Positions 11,667 to 23,150 of a stretch of 64,000 nucleotides of DNA are shown here, piece by piece. Location of the stretch: NCBI GenBank assembly GCA_964252035.1, contig OZ176208.1; one strand, written 5' to 3'. Position 1 is the stretch's first letter. Every line of letters begins with the position of its first letter. The notes under the pieces are model-generated. The model ran no database searches. It was not told where the DNA came from and saw nothing but the letters and a program-made list of their open reading frames with translations. Source of the DNA: Podarcis erhardii. Its lineage: Eukaryota. The position numbers were made by a program, and so were the translations under genes.

Positions 11667-12792
11667 TATAGCAACGTCCTCATTCATGGATGAAGGTGTT
11701 GAATTTATGCAGATAGGGAGGGCCTCCTTGGCCCACCTTTAAAGTGTGTTGGCAGAGCTGGGCTGGGTTGCTTGTACAAAGTGAGTATCAAGAGACAGTG
11801 TTTCCTAGTTCTTATCTTGGCAGCAACTGTACGAGACAACATAGACAGCACAGTTAAGAACGTTGGAAACCCACTATGCAAATTAATACAGTGGTAGCCC
11901 ATACTTGCACTCATTTATGGTGGAGGGACAAGCGAGAGAAAAATATTTTAAATAAATAAATATTCTGCATTTAATAGTCAGATGTCCATATTCATAAGCA
12001 TGGAAAACATGTCTCGTAAGCATACATGCACACGTACACACACACACACACACACACACACGGTTGTAGAAAATAATCCTTTCCCTTTTGATGTGATATT
12101 TCAATTATAGCACTGCTTGTGAGAAACCCAGTGGCATAATACATACTTTATTTTACTAAATATATTCAGATATGTTAACACAGGCAGCAACGGTCAATTT
12201 ATATACAGTGCATGCAAATTAATCCATCATTTTGAAACAATTTCTACCTGTTAGCCAACTTTATGACATTTCTGTCATGCTGAATGATAGGCGCTTCTTT
12301 AATTTGACAGTGGGAAAGTTGGTGGTATGTCATATCTTTTTTAGTATTCAAGAAGATCTACATGAAAGCTTTACAATGCAAAATTTCCTTTTATTTTTCA
12401 GATGTAGAACATTTTGCTGTCTTTAGAAAATGTATTATTAAACTGATCTTTGGCCTAGTGTAGGCTGTAATATGAGAGCTTTCAAAATATGATTCAAAAT
12501 AGAACAGACACATTGAGAAATATTTCTGCTAGACTGTTCAGTGTTGCTTAGTAACTTATTATGAACAGTATATTTATTTTAATTTTTATTTCTCTGACAC
12601 AACAGTTGTGCCTGGCACTCACAGCTTAAAATGGTGCATAAGTAGTCCATGTCTCAATAAACTTACAGTGTAATCATCTAATGTTGCTACTTTGTTAGAC
12701 ATTATTATGCATCATACATAATATTTATTTAAAGGTTCTTCCTTACACTGTAAGCCTAGTACATACAAGAACTTAAGATAGGGATGTGGAAT

Positions 12793-13023
12793 CGGGTTAC
12801 ATATGCTTCAGGTTACATACGCTTCAGGTTACAGACTCCGCTAACCCAGAAATAGTACGTTGGGTTAAGAACTTTGCTTCAGGATGAGAACAGAAATCGT
12901 GCTCTGGCGGCACGGCAGCAGTAGGAGGCCCCATTAGCTAAAGTGGTGCTTCAGGTTAAGAACAGTTTCAGGTTAAGTACAGACCTCTGGAACGAATTAA
13001 GTACTTAACCTGAGGTACCACTG
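12793..13023 (+). mobile_element. Tigger/pogo-like MITE, copy 3 (left TIR lost)
   Basis: Starts abruptly at cgggttac, right TIR aggtaccactg plus TA is intact. Directly followed by a short L2-like tail (13024-13076). Confidence 0.85.
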
Positions 13024-15191
13024 TAATAATAATTTATTATTTATACCCCGCCCGTCTGGCTGGGCTTCCCCAGCCACACAGAAATATTTGGTGCCACTAG
13101 GCTTTGAGAGCTGGCTGATGATTTTAGAACTTTTATTTTCTTGGACAAGGTTAAGACCCTTCAATGTATTAAAATTGTAATAATAGAAACAGGGCATTAT
13201 GATTACCATGGTTTGATGCTGCATGTTTCAGTGAACTTGGGTTCCTCAGAAATTTAACAGGGGTTCCTCAGTGAGGAGATTAGTAGTGGGAGGGCACTGT
13301 TCCCTGAAATACAGCTTCTAGCCATTGTTAATATTCCACAATGTGCAGTCACAGTGAGGTGTCTTCTAGCTCTTTCTCTCTCTCAGGGCAACATTGAGGC
13401 CCAAAAGGCTGATTTGGGTACACATGAGCTGAATAAGTATCTTTCCCTGAATGCGCGTCAAATCCTTTGAGGCTTGGACCAGAATACAAAGTTTCCTTAG
13501 CAGATGAGTCAATGTAGAAGGCTGGAAGTCAAAATATACTGTTATACTGGAACATGCAGAGCTCTCTGTAGCATCCAAACTGCATATGTTGGTGAGATGT
13601 TAGCTTCTGCTTTCCTGTGAGAGTAAATTATTCATTTGGTTCCAGCACACAACCCTAATAGCATTCTTCAGCTGGCTGCAGTATGCCAAAACGTTATGGA
13701 TTCAAATTAATTGCAATTGGAGCTTTGAAAATAAGCCCATCATGATGCTGCAAGGGCCGAAACGATGAGTTAGTGAAATGTTGTTGAAGCACTGGAAGAA
13801 AGAGCAGCTGAGGCTCCAAATCTCTACTGCCATGTGTTGCAGCCACCACTCCAGCTTAATGCTCAGAAGATGACTTTATTATACAAATAAAGAATCTGAC
13901 CACCTCCACACAGCATGAATCAAAAAGCTATGCTTCTACAGTGAACAGCTGTGCTATTGGCCAGGAGCCTCTGTGTTTAGATCTACATCAGCCGCTTCTC
14001 GTCTTGGAATGGGTATGTGTGCGCAGAGCTTTGCAAGGAGAATGAAGGATGGCATCTGTGTAGCCGTGGCTTTCTTAACATAGTTTGGGTTCTCTTAAAT
14101 GTTGTGATTCAAATATGGAGGCTATCATTTGCAAGATATATTGTTTATAGAGATGTGCTACAAAAGGATCATTTGCACTGTCTGTAAAAGGGAGCAGTTT
14201 TTGTCTAGGCAACAATCTAGCATGTTGAAGAGTTTTGGGAAGACATTAGAAGGACTCTTGAGAGCATAGCATATTATATAAATCCTGTTGTTTGGTTGGA
14301 CTGGCATCAATTCCTCCCCCTACATAATAATATTGTGCATACTCGGAGGGACTAGAAGTATCCTGTAATTTCTTGAGGGTATGATACTCTTGTTGGAGTA
14401 AGAACGTCAAACATTCCAGATTTGATTTTGATAATGTGCATGAACATTAAATAGTTGCTCTGGGGATAGATGCAGACGCAAACAATATTCTCTCCAAGCT
14501 ATATTACATCCTAGGAAAACAGTTTGCCAAAACTTGTTTTTGGATACACTTTTGCTGGCACAATTCTCTGAAGTTCTGTTTTGAATTTCAGAGTGCTAGC
14601 ATAGTTGGACTATTTCCTCTTCAGTTCACGGTAACGTTATCATCTCTGCATCTGTGTGCCACCCACAGAAAATGACTGATACTTCTGAAAGCAGCTTAAT
14701 AATTAGAATATTACTCACTATTGGAAGTCAGCAAAGTCTCTTTACCACTACATTTGTTTTTCTTGAATGCTCAGCACCCTCACTCTCTTTGCTTGCCCAT
14801 GGAGCCTGGAATGGATGAGGGTTGTTCGGCATTTCTTATCTTGAATGGGTTAAAAGCTGAAATGAAGGAGCTGTGTGCCATGCATCCTGTGCTACACACA
14901 CTAAGGTAGTTTGTTGCATTTGAGTGCAGCGAATGACTATATCCCATCTCTACTATTGAAGTAAGATTCAGTACTGTTTAGGCATGTATCCAGTTTAGGC
15001 ATGGAATGGGGTGTGTGTGTACCATCTTGTCTTTCACCAGTGGTGATTATTGTGCACTGGATCTGGCAGGGCAGCTGGGGGCGGAGGTCACCAAGGATGG
15101 GCCCCATTTCTTATGGTTTTCTACCCATTATCCTCTTCATGCAAAGATGCCATGGACACTTAGCAATGTAGTAGTACCATTACTTACATTA

Positions 15192-15845
15192 AAAAAGGTA
15201 AAGGACCCCTGACCCTGACAGTTAAGTCCAGTCGCAGACGACTCTGGGGTTGCAGCGCTCATCTCACTTTACAGGCTGAGGGAGCCGGCGTTTGTCCACA
15301 GACAGTTTTTCCGGGTCATGTGGTCAGCATGCCTAAGCCACTTCTGGCAAAACCAGAACAGAAGAAGAAGAAGAAGAAGAAGAAGAAGAAGAAGAAGAAG
15401 AAGAAGAGGAGTTTGGATTTGATATTCCGCTTTATCACTACCTGAAGGAGTCTCAAAGCGGCTAACATTCTCCTTTCCCTTCCTCCCCCACAACAAACAC
15501 TCTGTGAGATGAGTGGGGCTGAGAGACTTCAAAGAAGTGTGACTAGCCCAAGGTCACCCAGCAGCTGCATGTGGAAGAGCGGAGACGCGAACCCGGTTCC
15601 CCAGATTACGAGTCTACCGCTCTTAACCACTACACCACATTGGCTCACGGAACAGCTCACGGAAATGCCATTTACCTTCCTGCCGGAGCGGTGCCTATTT
15701 ATCTACTTGCATTTTTGGGCTAGGTTGGCAGGAGCTGGGACCGAGCAAAAGGAGCTCATCCCTTCATGGGGATTCGAACCGCCGACCTTCTGATCGGCAA
15801 GCCCAAGAGGCTCAGTGATTTAGACCACAGCGCCAGCCGCGTCCC
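15192..15845 (-). mobile_element. Sauria SINE (Squam1) interrupted by a nested SINE
   Basis: Reverse complement begins gggacgcggctggcgctgtgg (A box), has ggttcgaatcc (B box) and ends cctttacc. TSD ttacatta. Confidence 0.9.
15361..15646 (-). mobile_element. Squam3-like tRNA-derived SINE with (TTC)n tail, nested in the Sauria SINE
   Basis: Reverse complement gagccaatgtggtgtagtggttaagagcggtagactcgtaatctggggaaccgggttcgc...ttagccgctttgagactccttc...caaactcctc(ttc)n. Confidence 0.85.
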
Positions 15846-17956
15846 TTACATTACTTACCGGCAAACTGAGATCAACCATGTGAGGAAGGTTAGGCTGACA
15901 AACACCCCCCCCCGCGTGCTTCTACAGTGCGTCTCCTCTCTTCACCCCCTGCCCCATGCATGGGTGAAGAGTGGCACTGCTAGACATTTGTGATTAGCTG
16001 TGCTGTTCACAGTTATGATTGGGCAACAGAGGGGATGGACAGAAAACACTCCAGGGAATTTCTAAATGACAGGAAATGTATTGTTATTATTTGGGAAGGG
16101 ACAATGCAAAATTCCTGGGCTACAGCTTTGGATTTTCAGGTGCAGGAAAAATACCTGGGTGGGGGGACCTGCATTACCTTGCCCTAGGGACCCGTCACCT
16201 CACTACAGTGCACTGTGTTTGGGAAGGCAAAACTCGAGGTTTCCCAGAGTACAATGATACTTCCATCTTGTTTCCCAATAGTTCAAAATTAGAGAACATG
16301 CCGCTGCTCCTTCAAATATGAAGGAGTGCCAACAGAACAAAAAGGATCTGTTTTATGATACTGATGTTCTTATAATGTTGTTAAGGCTCATTGAATGCCA
16401 AATATGGCAGAAAGTCACTATGAAAAATTTAAAAAGCCAAGTAAATAAATACATACAATATGAATGTGGTGTTCTTGTCTGTATCCTCTGTTGCCCCTGT
16501 AGCAGACGACTGCATTAGTCTCACAATGTGGACATTTCTGGTTTCCAGTGCATTCTATGTTAACAAATCTAACTCTCCAGCTTGCAGATCATATACATCT
16601 TGTCCCCCTTCCCCATTATCCAATAAGGGAGGTCTAAATTTTATTTCTAAAATATGATGATTATGTATCATTAATTTGTGTTCTCACTGGTTAGATAACA
16701 AATCCAGGTTAGCTGGCTAATGAGGAATGCCAGTAACAAATATTAAAATTAAACTGTAACACCCAAGTGAGAAAAATTGACCATATTACAAATAAATCCA
16801 ACCATCTTTTGTAATTTTTCATGATTAAATTGGTCTATTAGCCATAAATCGTTCTGCATCATCTGCTAAGAAAATGGTAGAGTTATTAAAAGATAGTAAG
16901 TGCTTTGTCATTCTATTGAACAGTTTAGTGCATTAACTATTTTTAGGCCTCATTAAAATCATTTAGTTGGGATTCAGTCTTAAATTGTAAAATGCATTTG
17001 CTGGGCCATGGCTGTATACAAAGACTTTAAATTGTTCAAGTGTTAGTTGTTTGTTCCAGAGAAAGAGAAACTTTGCAGGTCCTTCATAGAGGCATAATGT
17101 CAGATTCCATATTCATAGTTTACCAGCGTGATATTAGGCATTTATTTTATTACTGTACTTCATTCTATCCAGACTGCTTATTAAGTATCGTCTGCTAGTA
17201 CTCTGAATATGAGTGAATAGTTGACAATAAAATATAGGAGCTTTGACTATCCAGCACTATAATCAGTCTATTTGTCTGCTAATGTTATCAGACCACATAT
17301 GAAGATATTTATGCGCTGCCTACCATATTATAAATGGTCAGAAACATTTTGACTTTAGAAATAGTGGTTGATTTTCCCCAAATGTCAGTTTCTCTTGGCT
17401 ATGCAAGAACTTCTGATGGTGTTGTGATTGATGAGAAAAGTTGCCATAGCTTCAGGCCAGGAACTACAAATCCAGCCAGATCATCTGGTTCCAGGCCAGC
17501 TGCCACTGAAAGCAGCAACACAAGTTGTTTCACTAGCTGGGCTGTGTAGGATTGTCTGGGTATTCTTTTGTGGAACCTGATCACGCCACAGCCACTCAGG
17601 GGAGTGTTGGGTTGGGCTCTAAATCTCCAATTCCAAACACATCTATTTGGATCTATAACTTTTTTGGGGTGTGTGTGTGGAAACTTTTGACTGTAACCTG
17701 AACTCTGATTCTAAACCTATTAGTTAGAATCACAGGAAAGTTATGCATGACTTGTTCTTGTTTCCTGGTTAGGGTCCTATTTATAAAAGCAACATATAGT
17801 TAGTTTGTTGTTTCTGATGGAACACTATATAAACCAGCAGAACTGACTTCAGATTTTTGTGGACCACTGCCAGGAGGATTAATCCCTTGTAGTCCCCCAC
17901 ACTGTGAGTCCTGTTCCCTGCCAGCATCACAAAGGTAGATGGTGCTAGTGGAAGGC

Positions 17957-18325
17957 TAGGGTTGGGTGGGGGGATTTATTCTGTTCACATTTAAAGGCAA
18001 ATCACATAACGAACACTTATCTATATTCCGTGATGCAGTTCTGCAACTAAACAGTGTTTACAAAAATGAATAAAAATGGATATACTAGTGGAAATAAAAA
18101 AACATTTCATCAGGGAAAGTTGCTTGTGAAAAAGTGTACATTGCTCAAAACTGCATACAAAAATGTGTTTATTAGGAGAAATTTGCACCAATACACTGAT
18201 GAATTGTCATAGGCTTTTTTTGTTTAAAAATAATCGGCCAATTGCTGCAGAAATGTGGAAAACTGAACTTGAGGTTTGAAAAATTAAAATGAGAGAACCA
18301 CAATTGTCAGATTCTCCCATCCCTA
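17957..18325. mobile_element. Probable non-autonomous DNA transposon
   Basis: Termini tagggttggg / cccatcccta are inverted repeats, imperfect 8-bp flank duplication gtggaagg / gtgggagc, AT-rich body. Confidence 0.5.
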
Positions 18326-19769
18326 GTGGGAGCCAAGAGAAAAACTTCCTAGTGCAACATGCAGGAAGAATTAGAAGATGGCTTTGGGGGTGCGCTGGCG
18401 GGGGGAATCTTCCATTTCCTGGTTGGCTGCATCATATAGCCAGACATCTCTGTGGATAAGAGTAGCGTGGTAGCATTATGCCTCCATGCTGCTGGATCTA
18501 AAAGGAATGCAAATATATATCTCTAGCACATTGTCATTTGGGAAAATAAACATTCCATAGACGTGCAAAGACTTTCAGGGATATCTGCTATTTCCTAATG
18601 GGAGGGGTGTCTGGAGGCAGAGGACAAAACTGATTCTCTTGAGTGCAGATTATTCTGCTGGTTATCAGGCAATTTTCCTGTTAGAAAACGGGGGATGCCT
18701 CAGCAGATGCTCAACCAAACCAAACTCTGATTTCAGGCCTGACAACAAGGTGTCCTTTGAAAACCTGTATCTGTTTCTGCTTATGGATGACATGGGAAAC
18801 TTTGCTGTTGCTGTCTTGTTCTAGTATGTTTATACTTTACTTGTTCTTGGAGGTGTATCTGGGGTATTTTGCATCCTTGGAAGGAGCTGAATAGGCAGCC
18901 CCCCCCCCAAATCAATTTATAGCAGTAGCCACATTAGAAATTACTACATTTTATGCAATTGAAGTACTTGCATCTGGAGTGAGGGTGAGGTGAGGAGGAA
19001 GGGTACAAATTTTGCACAGCTTTCTTTCTTGGTGCAAGAAGAATGGGAAGCTTTTCCCATGTTTGATTTTACTGCAAAAGCACATTGCCACACATATATA
19101 AGCCACACACTTTGTTCGGATTCACCAATCCTTAGGTGTGCCTCTGCTTGTTCTTATTTTCTGTATTATGCTAATGCTTTAAGAATGGAAGGGAAACCAT
19201 TAACTTTCCTGGACTGTTTGCCTATATTGAGCAAATAACACTGTACCAAGTTGCTAAATTAACTGCTTAACCCAAGCTGCCCTCTTAAGTCACATCTTCA
19301 CAAATCCCATTTTAGTTTTAAATGGACCCTGTAGGAACTAAAACACAGACAGACACAAATACGTGACTTAATTAAAACCCATCTTTAGCCACTCACAAAT
19401 ACCATTAAATTAGCACTAAACAGATGGGGCCAATCATTATTATCATTATGTGGGAAATGCTCTCATGGAAATCAGGGTTCTCCCCTGTCTCATCTACATT
19501 TGTGATATCCTGTGCCTGTAGAGATCTCTTGAGCTAAGCTTTTTAATATCTACCACATGAAATCAAAAGTTTATGGTGTTAAAGCACAATAGCAAAACAA
19601 AACAAAACATCCACTAATGCTTTGAGCAGCCAAAACTTCAGGAAGCCTGCGTTTTCCATACTGTCACACATTTAACTGATCTTTCTTTGTGTTACAAGAG
19701 ATCATGTCTCAAATGCACAAGACAAATTGGCTGGAGTGTTTGAAGGCGTTTCAGATGGAAGGGCCATTA

Positions 19770-19992
19770 CAGTGGTACCTCTGGTTAAGTACTTAATTCA
19801 TTCCGGAGGTCCGTTCTTAACCTGAAACTGTTCTTAACCTGAAGCACCACTTTAGCTAATGGGGCCTCCTGCCGCCACGCCGCCACCGCACAATTTCTGT
19901 TCTCATCCTGAAGGAAAGTTCTTAACTCGAGGTACTATTTCTGGGTTAGCAGAGTCTGTAACCTGAAGTGTCTGTAACCCGAAGTACCACTG
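19770..19992 (-). mobile_element. Tigger/pogo-like MITE, copy 4
   Basis: TIRs and TA TSD. Confidence 0.9.
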
Positions 19993-20665
19993 TATATCTA
20001 ATCACTTGAACTTCCCATAGGTGTGGTAGTCTCCTGTGCTCTCTGATTAGCTAAAAACCAATCCTTATTGTTCAAAATAAAGGAAACTAGTCAAGCAACT
20101 CCTTGGCATTTTTTTGTGTTCCAATTATGTTATGCTTATATTTGCATGTCGCACTGTTCCCTAACAATGGCAGTGCATTGAGAGCAGCAGTCAAGATGCT
20201 GTGGAAATAAATGGGAAATTGACTGACTTTCCTGTGGCTATTAACCTTTGATGCCCTTTTACTGGCCTCATGGTGAGACCTTTCCCCCTTACTGAAGGAA
20301 TGGTGTTTATTTCTGCTGTCTTTCCATCTTGTACTTTTCCCTTTTGTCACATAATCATACAAAATATTGAAACGGGGGGGAGGGGAACACAAGCGAGAGA
20401 GACCAAAAGGTTATCACTTAGGCTTAGCTGCTTTCTGACATATTAACCTGACCTGTACCCTGCACAGATTAAAATATCTAAGACCCTAAGTGATGTCTCC
20501 ACACATCCTTCTAAATAAGAGCCATGCTATGTAAATTCAAGACACAATAACCTGTTGGACATTGTGCCTAATCTAGGTGCTCCCTGAATTGTTAACAACA
20601 TTGCAACTAGTAGAGTACTTTGTTTCCTGTCTCTCTCTCCACTCCCCCCCCCCCAATTTCCAATA

Positions 20666-20907
20666 CAGTGGTACCTCGGGTTAAGTACTTAATTCGTTCT
20701 GGAGGTCTGTTCTTAACATGAAACTGTTCTTAACCTGAAGCACCACTTTAGCTAATGGGGCCTCCTGCTGCTGCTGCGCTGCCGGAGCACGATTTCTGTT
20801 CTCATCCTGAAGCAAAGTTCTTAACCCGAGGTACTATTTCTGGGTTAGCGGAGTCTGTAACCTGAAGTGTATGTAACCTGAAGCATATGTAACTCGAGGT
20901 ACCACTG
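20666..20907 (-). mobile_element. Tigger/pogo-like MITE, copy 5
   Basis: TIRs and TA TSD. Confidence 0.9.
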
Positions 20908-22019
20908 TATTTCAGTGTTACAATTATAGTTATATCACAGTTATAATTATTATATTGATTTATATTCGTTTATTGCATGTATATAGCAACAACACATATA
21001 TATGCATAATAAAATAACCCACCCTGAACCAGAAGCTGGTGCTTCAACAATATATACAAAATGTATTGTGCATGTCACCAAATAAACATAATGTTACATA
21101 ATGTTATGTTAAATGTTAGGAGTAATAATACCTTAGAACACCTTGAATTTTTGCCTGGATCCACAGATGTGTTGCATGAGCAGAAAGGTACTTTTGCTTG
21201 GTGGGGCAGCCCTCACTGAATGCTCCTAAAATCCCCTGTCCTGCTGCAGCATTTAGTGCCTCATCACCCAGAGTTCCAGAGGGTACTTTGACACTATGGA
21301 GTACCTTTTTATGGGGTTATACTGGTAGAGAGGAGTATGGCAGGTCTCATTGTGCAAATTCATCTATCTCAGGCTTGAGCCCATTAGGTTGAATCTTCAG
21401 AGTACACTGAATATACTGAATATACAGAGATACTGAATATCTGTTATTCCGAATGTATACAAATCTCAGTAATCCCTTTTTGAAGTTTCAAATTGTTCAT
21501 TATGAATGTGTGCATAGTTTCAAACATTATCTTATTTTAATAAAAATCTATTTATTCAACTTTTCCATTTTGTAACATATAAAGCATAAACATGAATTTT
21601 CTGTATCATTGATTTGAGTTAAACTGATTTCGCAAGAGGTGATTATTTCCCTGCCTTTTAATCCCATGTCCGTGCCTTGGTACCTCACCACCAATCTCCA
21701 TAATGTTTTTTTTTTATGCTTTGTAAATATATTGCCCACTATTTTCTGCTATGAAAGTCACAGCATTGAAAAAATAAAGCCTGTGGGCTATATCCGCCTA
21801 CGGTAAAGATAGCTATTAGAAAATATTTACAACCAGCACCCATGCATCTGGAATTGGGGAATGATTTTTGAGGTAGGCTCGATTCCTTCATGTGGAAATT
21901 AAGTACTTGTATGGATATGTTTGTTGTATTTATTTCAACCATAGTATTTTAGGTACCTAATAAATAATTAATACAGTATGAAATCTCATAAAATAATCAT
22001 GGTGGCAAACACATCATCA

Positions 22020-22460
22020 GTCAGGGCCAAACCAACAATGCTTTGGTGTGTATGGGGTGTTAGGGGAGGGACAATACCTCTGACATTGCATTCCTTCTGG
22101 GGTGGTTTGTCCACCTTTGGTTCCCTCAGCAGCGGAGGAAGCCGCTCGGGCACCTGGCCCAGGGGCAGAGAAAGCAGCCCATAGGGGCGGGGCACACCAC
22201 AGGGCCTCTGGAGTCTGCATGCCTTCTCCCACTCAGCCGCCCTACAGATGGGTGGAGGCAGCGGGCGCACCGTTTGGGCAGTGCGGAGCCTGCGCACGCC
22301 CAAACCACTGTGTCTCTCCCAGGAGAGACGCGTGGCTCAGCCACACTGCAGGCCCCGCGGTGAGTGCTGCCCAGCATTTTGTCACCCCATCAGTGGTGAC
22401 ACCTGGGGCGGGTCACACCCACTGCACCCCCTTCCTCCACCCCTGCCCCCCCCCACTTAG
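22020..22460. mobile_element. GC/CpG-rich remnant, probably a DNA-transposon derivative
   Basis: Sharp GC-rich island. The 3' part tgtcacccc..ggtgacacctggggcgggtcacaccc resembles ends of reptile non-autonomous DNA elements. No TIR pair or TSD confirmed. Confidence 0.35.
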
Positions 22461-22724
22461 CTCTCACCAGTGGCTCCTAAAAGCATGTGACAGCAGCTTG
22501 GCTTCAATTGGCTGGCTAAACCAGGTGAGACTAGTGATGACAACAACAACAGTGATCAAGTTCTGGAATGGGAGATGTTGCAATATAAACCCTCCCAATT
22601 GGAAATCCATGGTCCATTACAAGCTTAGACCAAATTAATCTTAAAGTTTGGCCTTGACTGTTGATGTGTTTGCTACCATCAGCTAGTTCTCCCTGCCAAT
22701 TGCTCCCTCTCAAAGAATTAGTGA

Positions 22725-22895
22725 AGGGCAATGTACTTTGCACAAATAAGATTTTAGGTTCAATTCCCAGCACCTCCAGGTAAGGCTGGGAAAGATACCT
22801 GTTTGAAACCTGGAGAACCTTTGCCAGATGATGTAGACAGTACTGAGTTAGATGCACCAGTGCTCTGTGTCGGTTAAGGTAGCTTCTGAAGCAAA
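22725..22895 (+). mobile_element. Squam2-like SINE
   Basis: ggttcaattcccagcacctccaggtaaggctgggaaaga...tgtagacagtactgagttagatg. Confidence 0.65.
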
Positions 22896-22954
22896 ACCAC
22901 CTCAGTGATGGGTGTGTGGGAGCTACTAGCAGAAAATCCTCACTGGAGTCAGGA

Positions 22955-23011
<57 letters not shown>

Positions 23012-23150
23012 TTATTATTTATACCCTGCCCATCTGGCTGGGCTTCCCCAGTCACTCTGGGCAGCTTCCAACAAAATACTAAAATATCGTAATACATCAG
23101 ACATTGAAAGCTTCCCTAAACAGGGCTGCCTTCAGAAAGGCTCTTCAGGG
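22955..23150 (-). mobile_element. L2-like LINE 3' end with (ATT)n tail
   Basis: Reverse complement ends ...ctgaaggcagccctgtttagggaagc (LKAALFRE-like)...cagatgggcagggtataaataataa(att)n. The (TAA)n run at 22955-23010 is the tail. Confidence 0.7.

Noticed and set aside
16470-16640. Acceptor-like site with a phase-0 frame ending in a stop (possible STPG2 last exon)
   Set aside because: The peptide bears no resemblance to STPG2 C-termini as I recall them
22102-22638. 178-aa ORF
   Set aside because: Runs through a GC-rich repeat relic with few stops by composition, no domain
22531-23097. 188-aa minus ORF with poly-Leu (and poly-Ile on the plus strand)
   Set aside because: Artefact of the (TAA)n LINE tail plus SINE sequence
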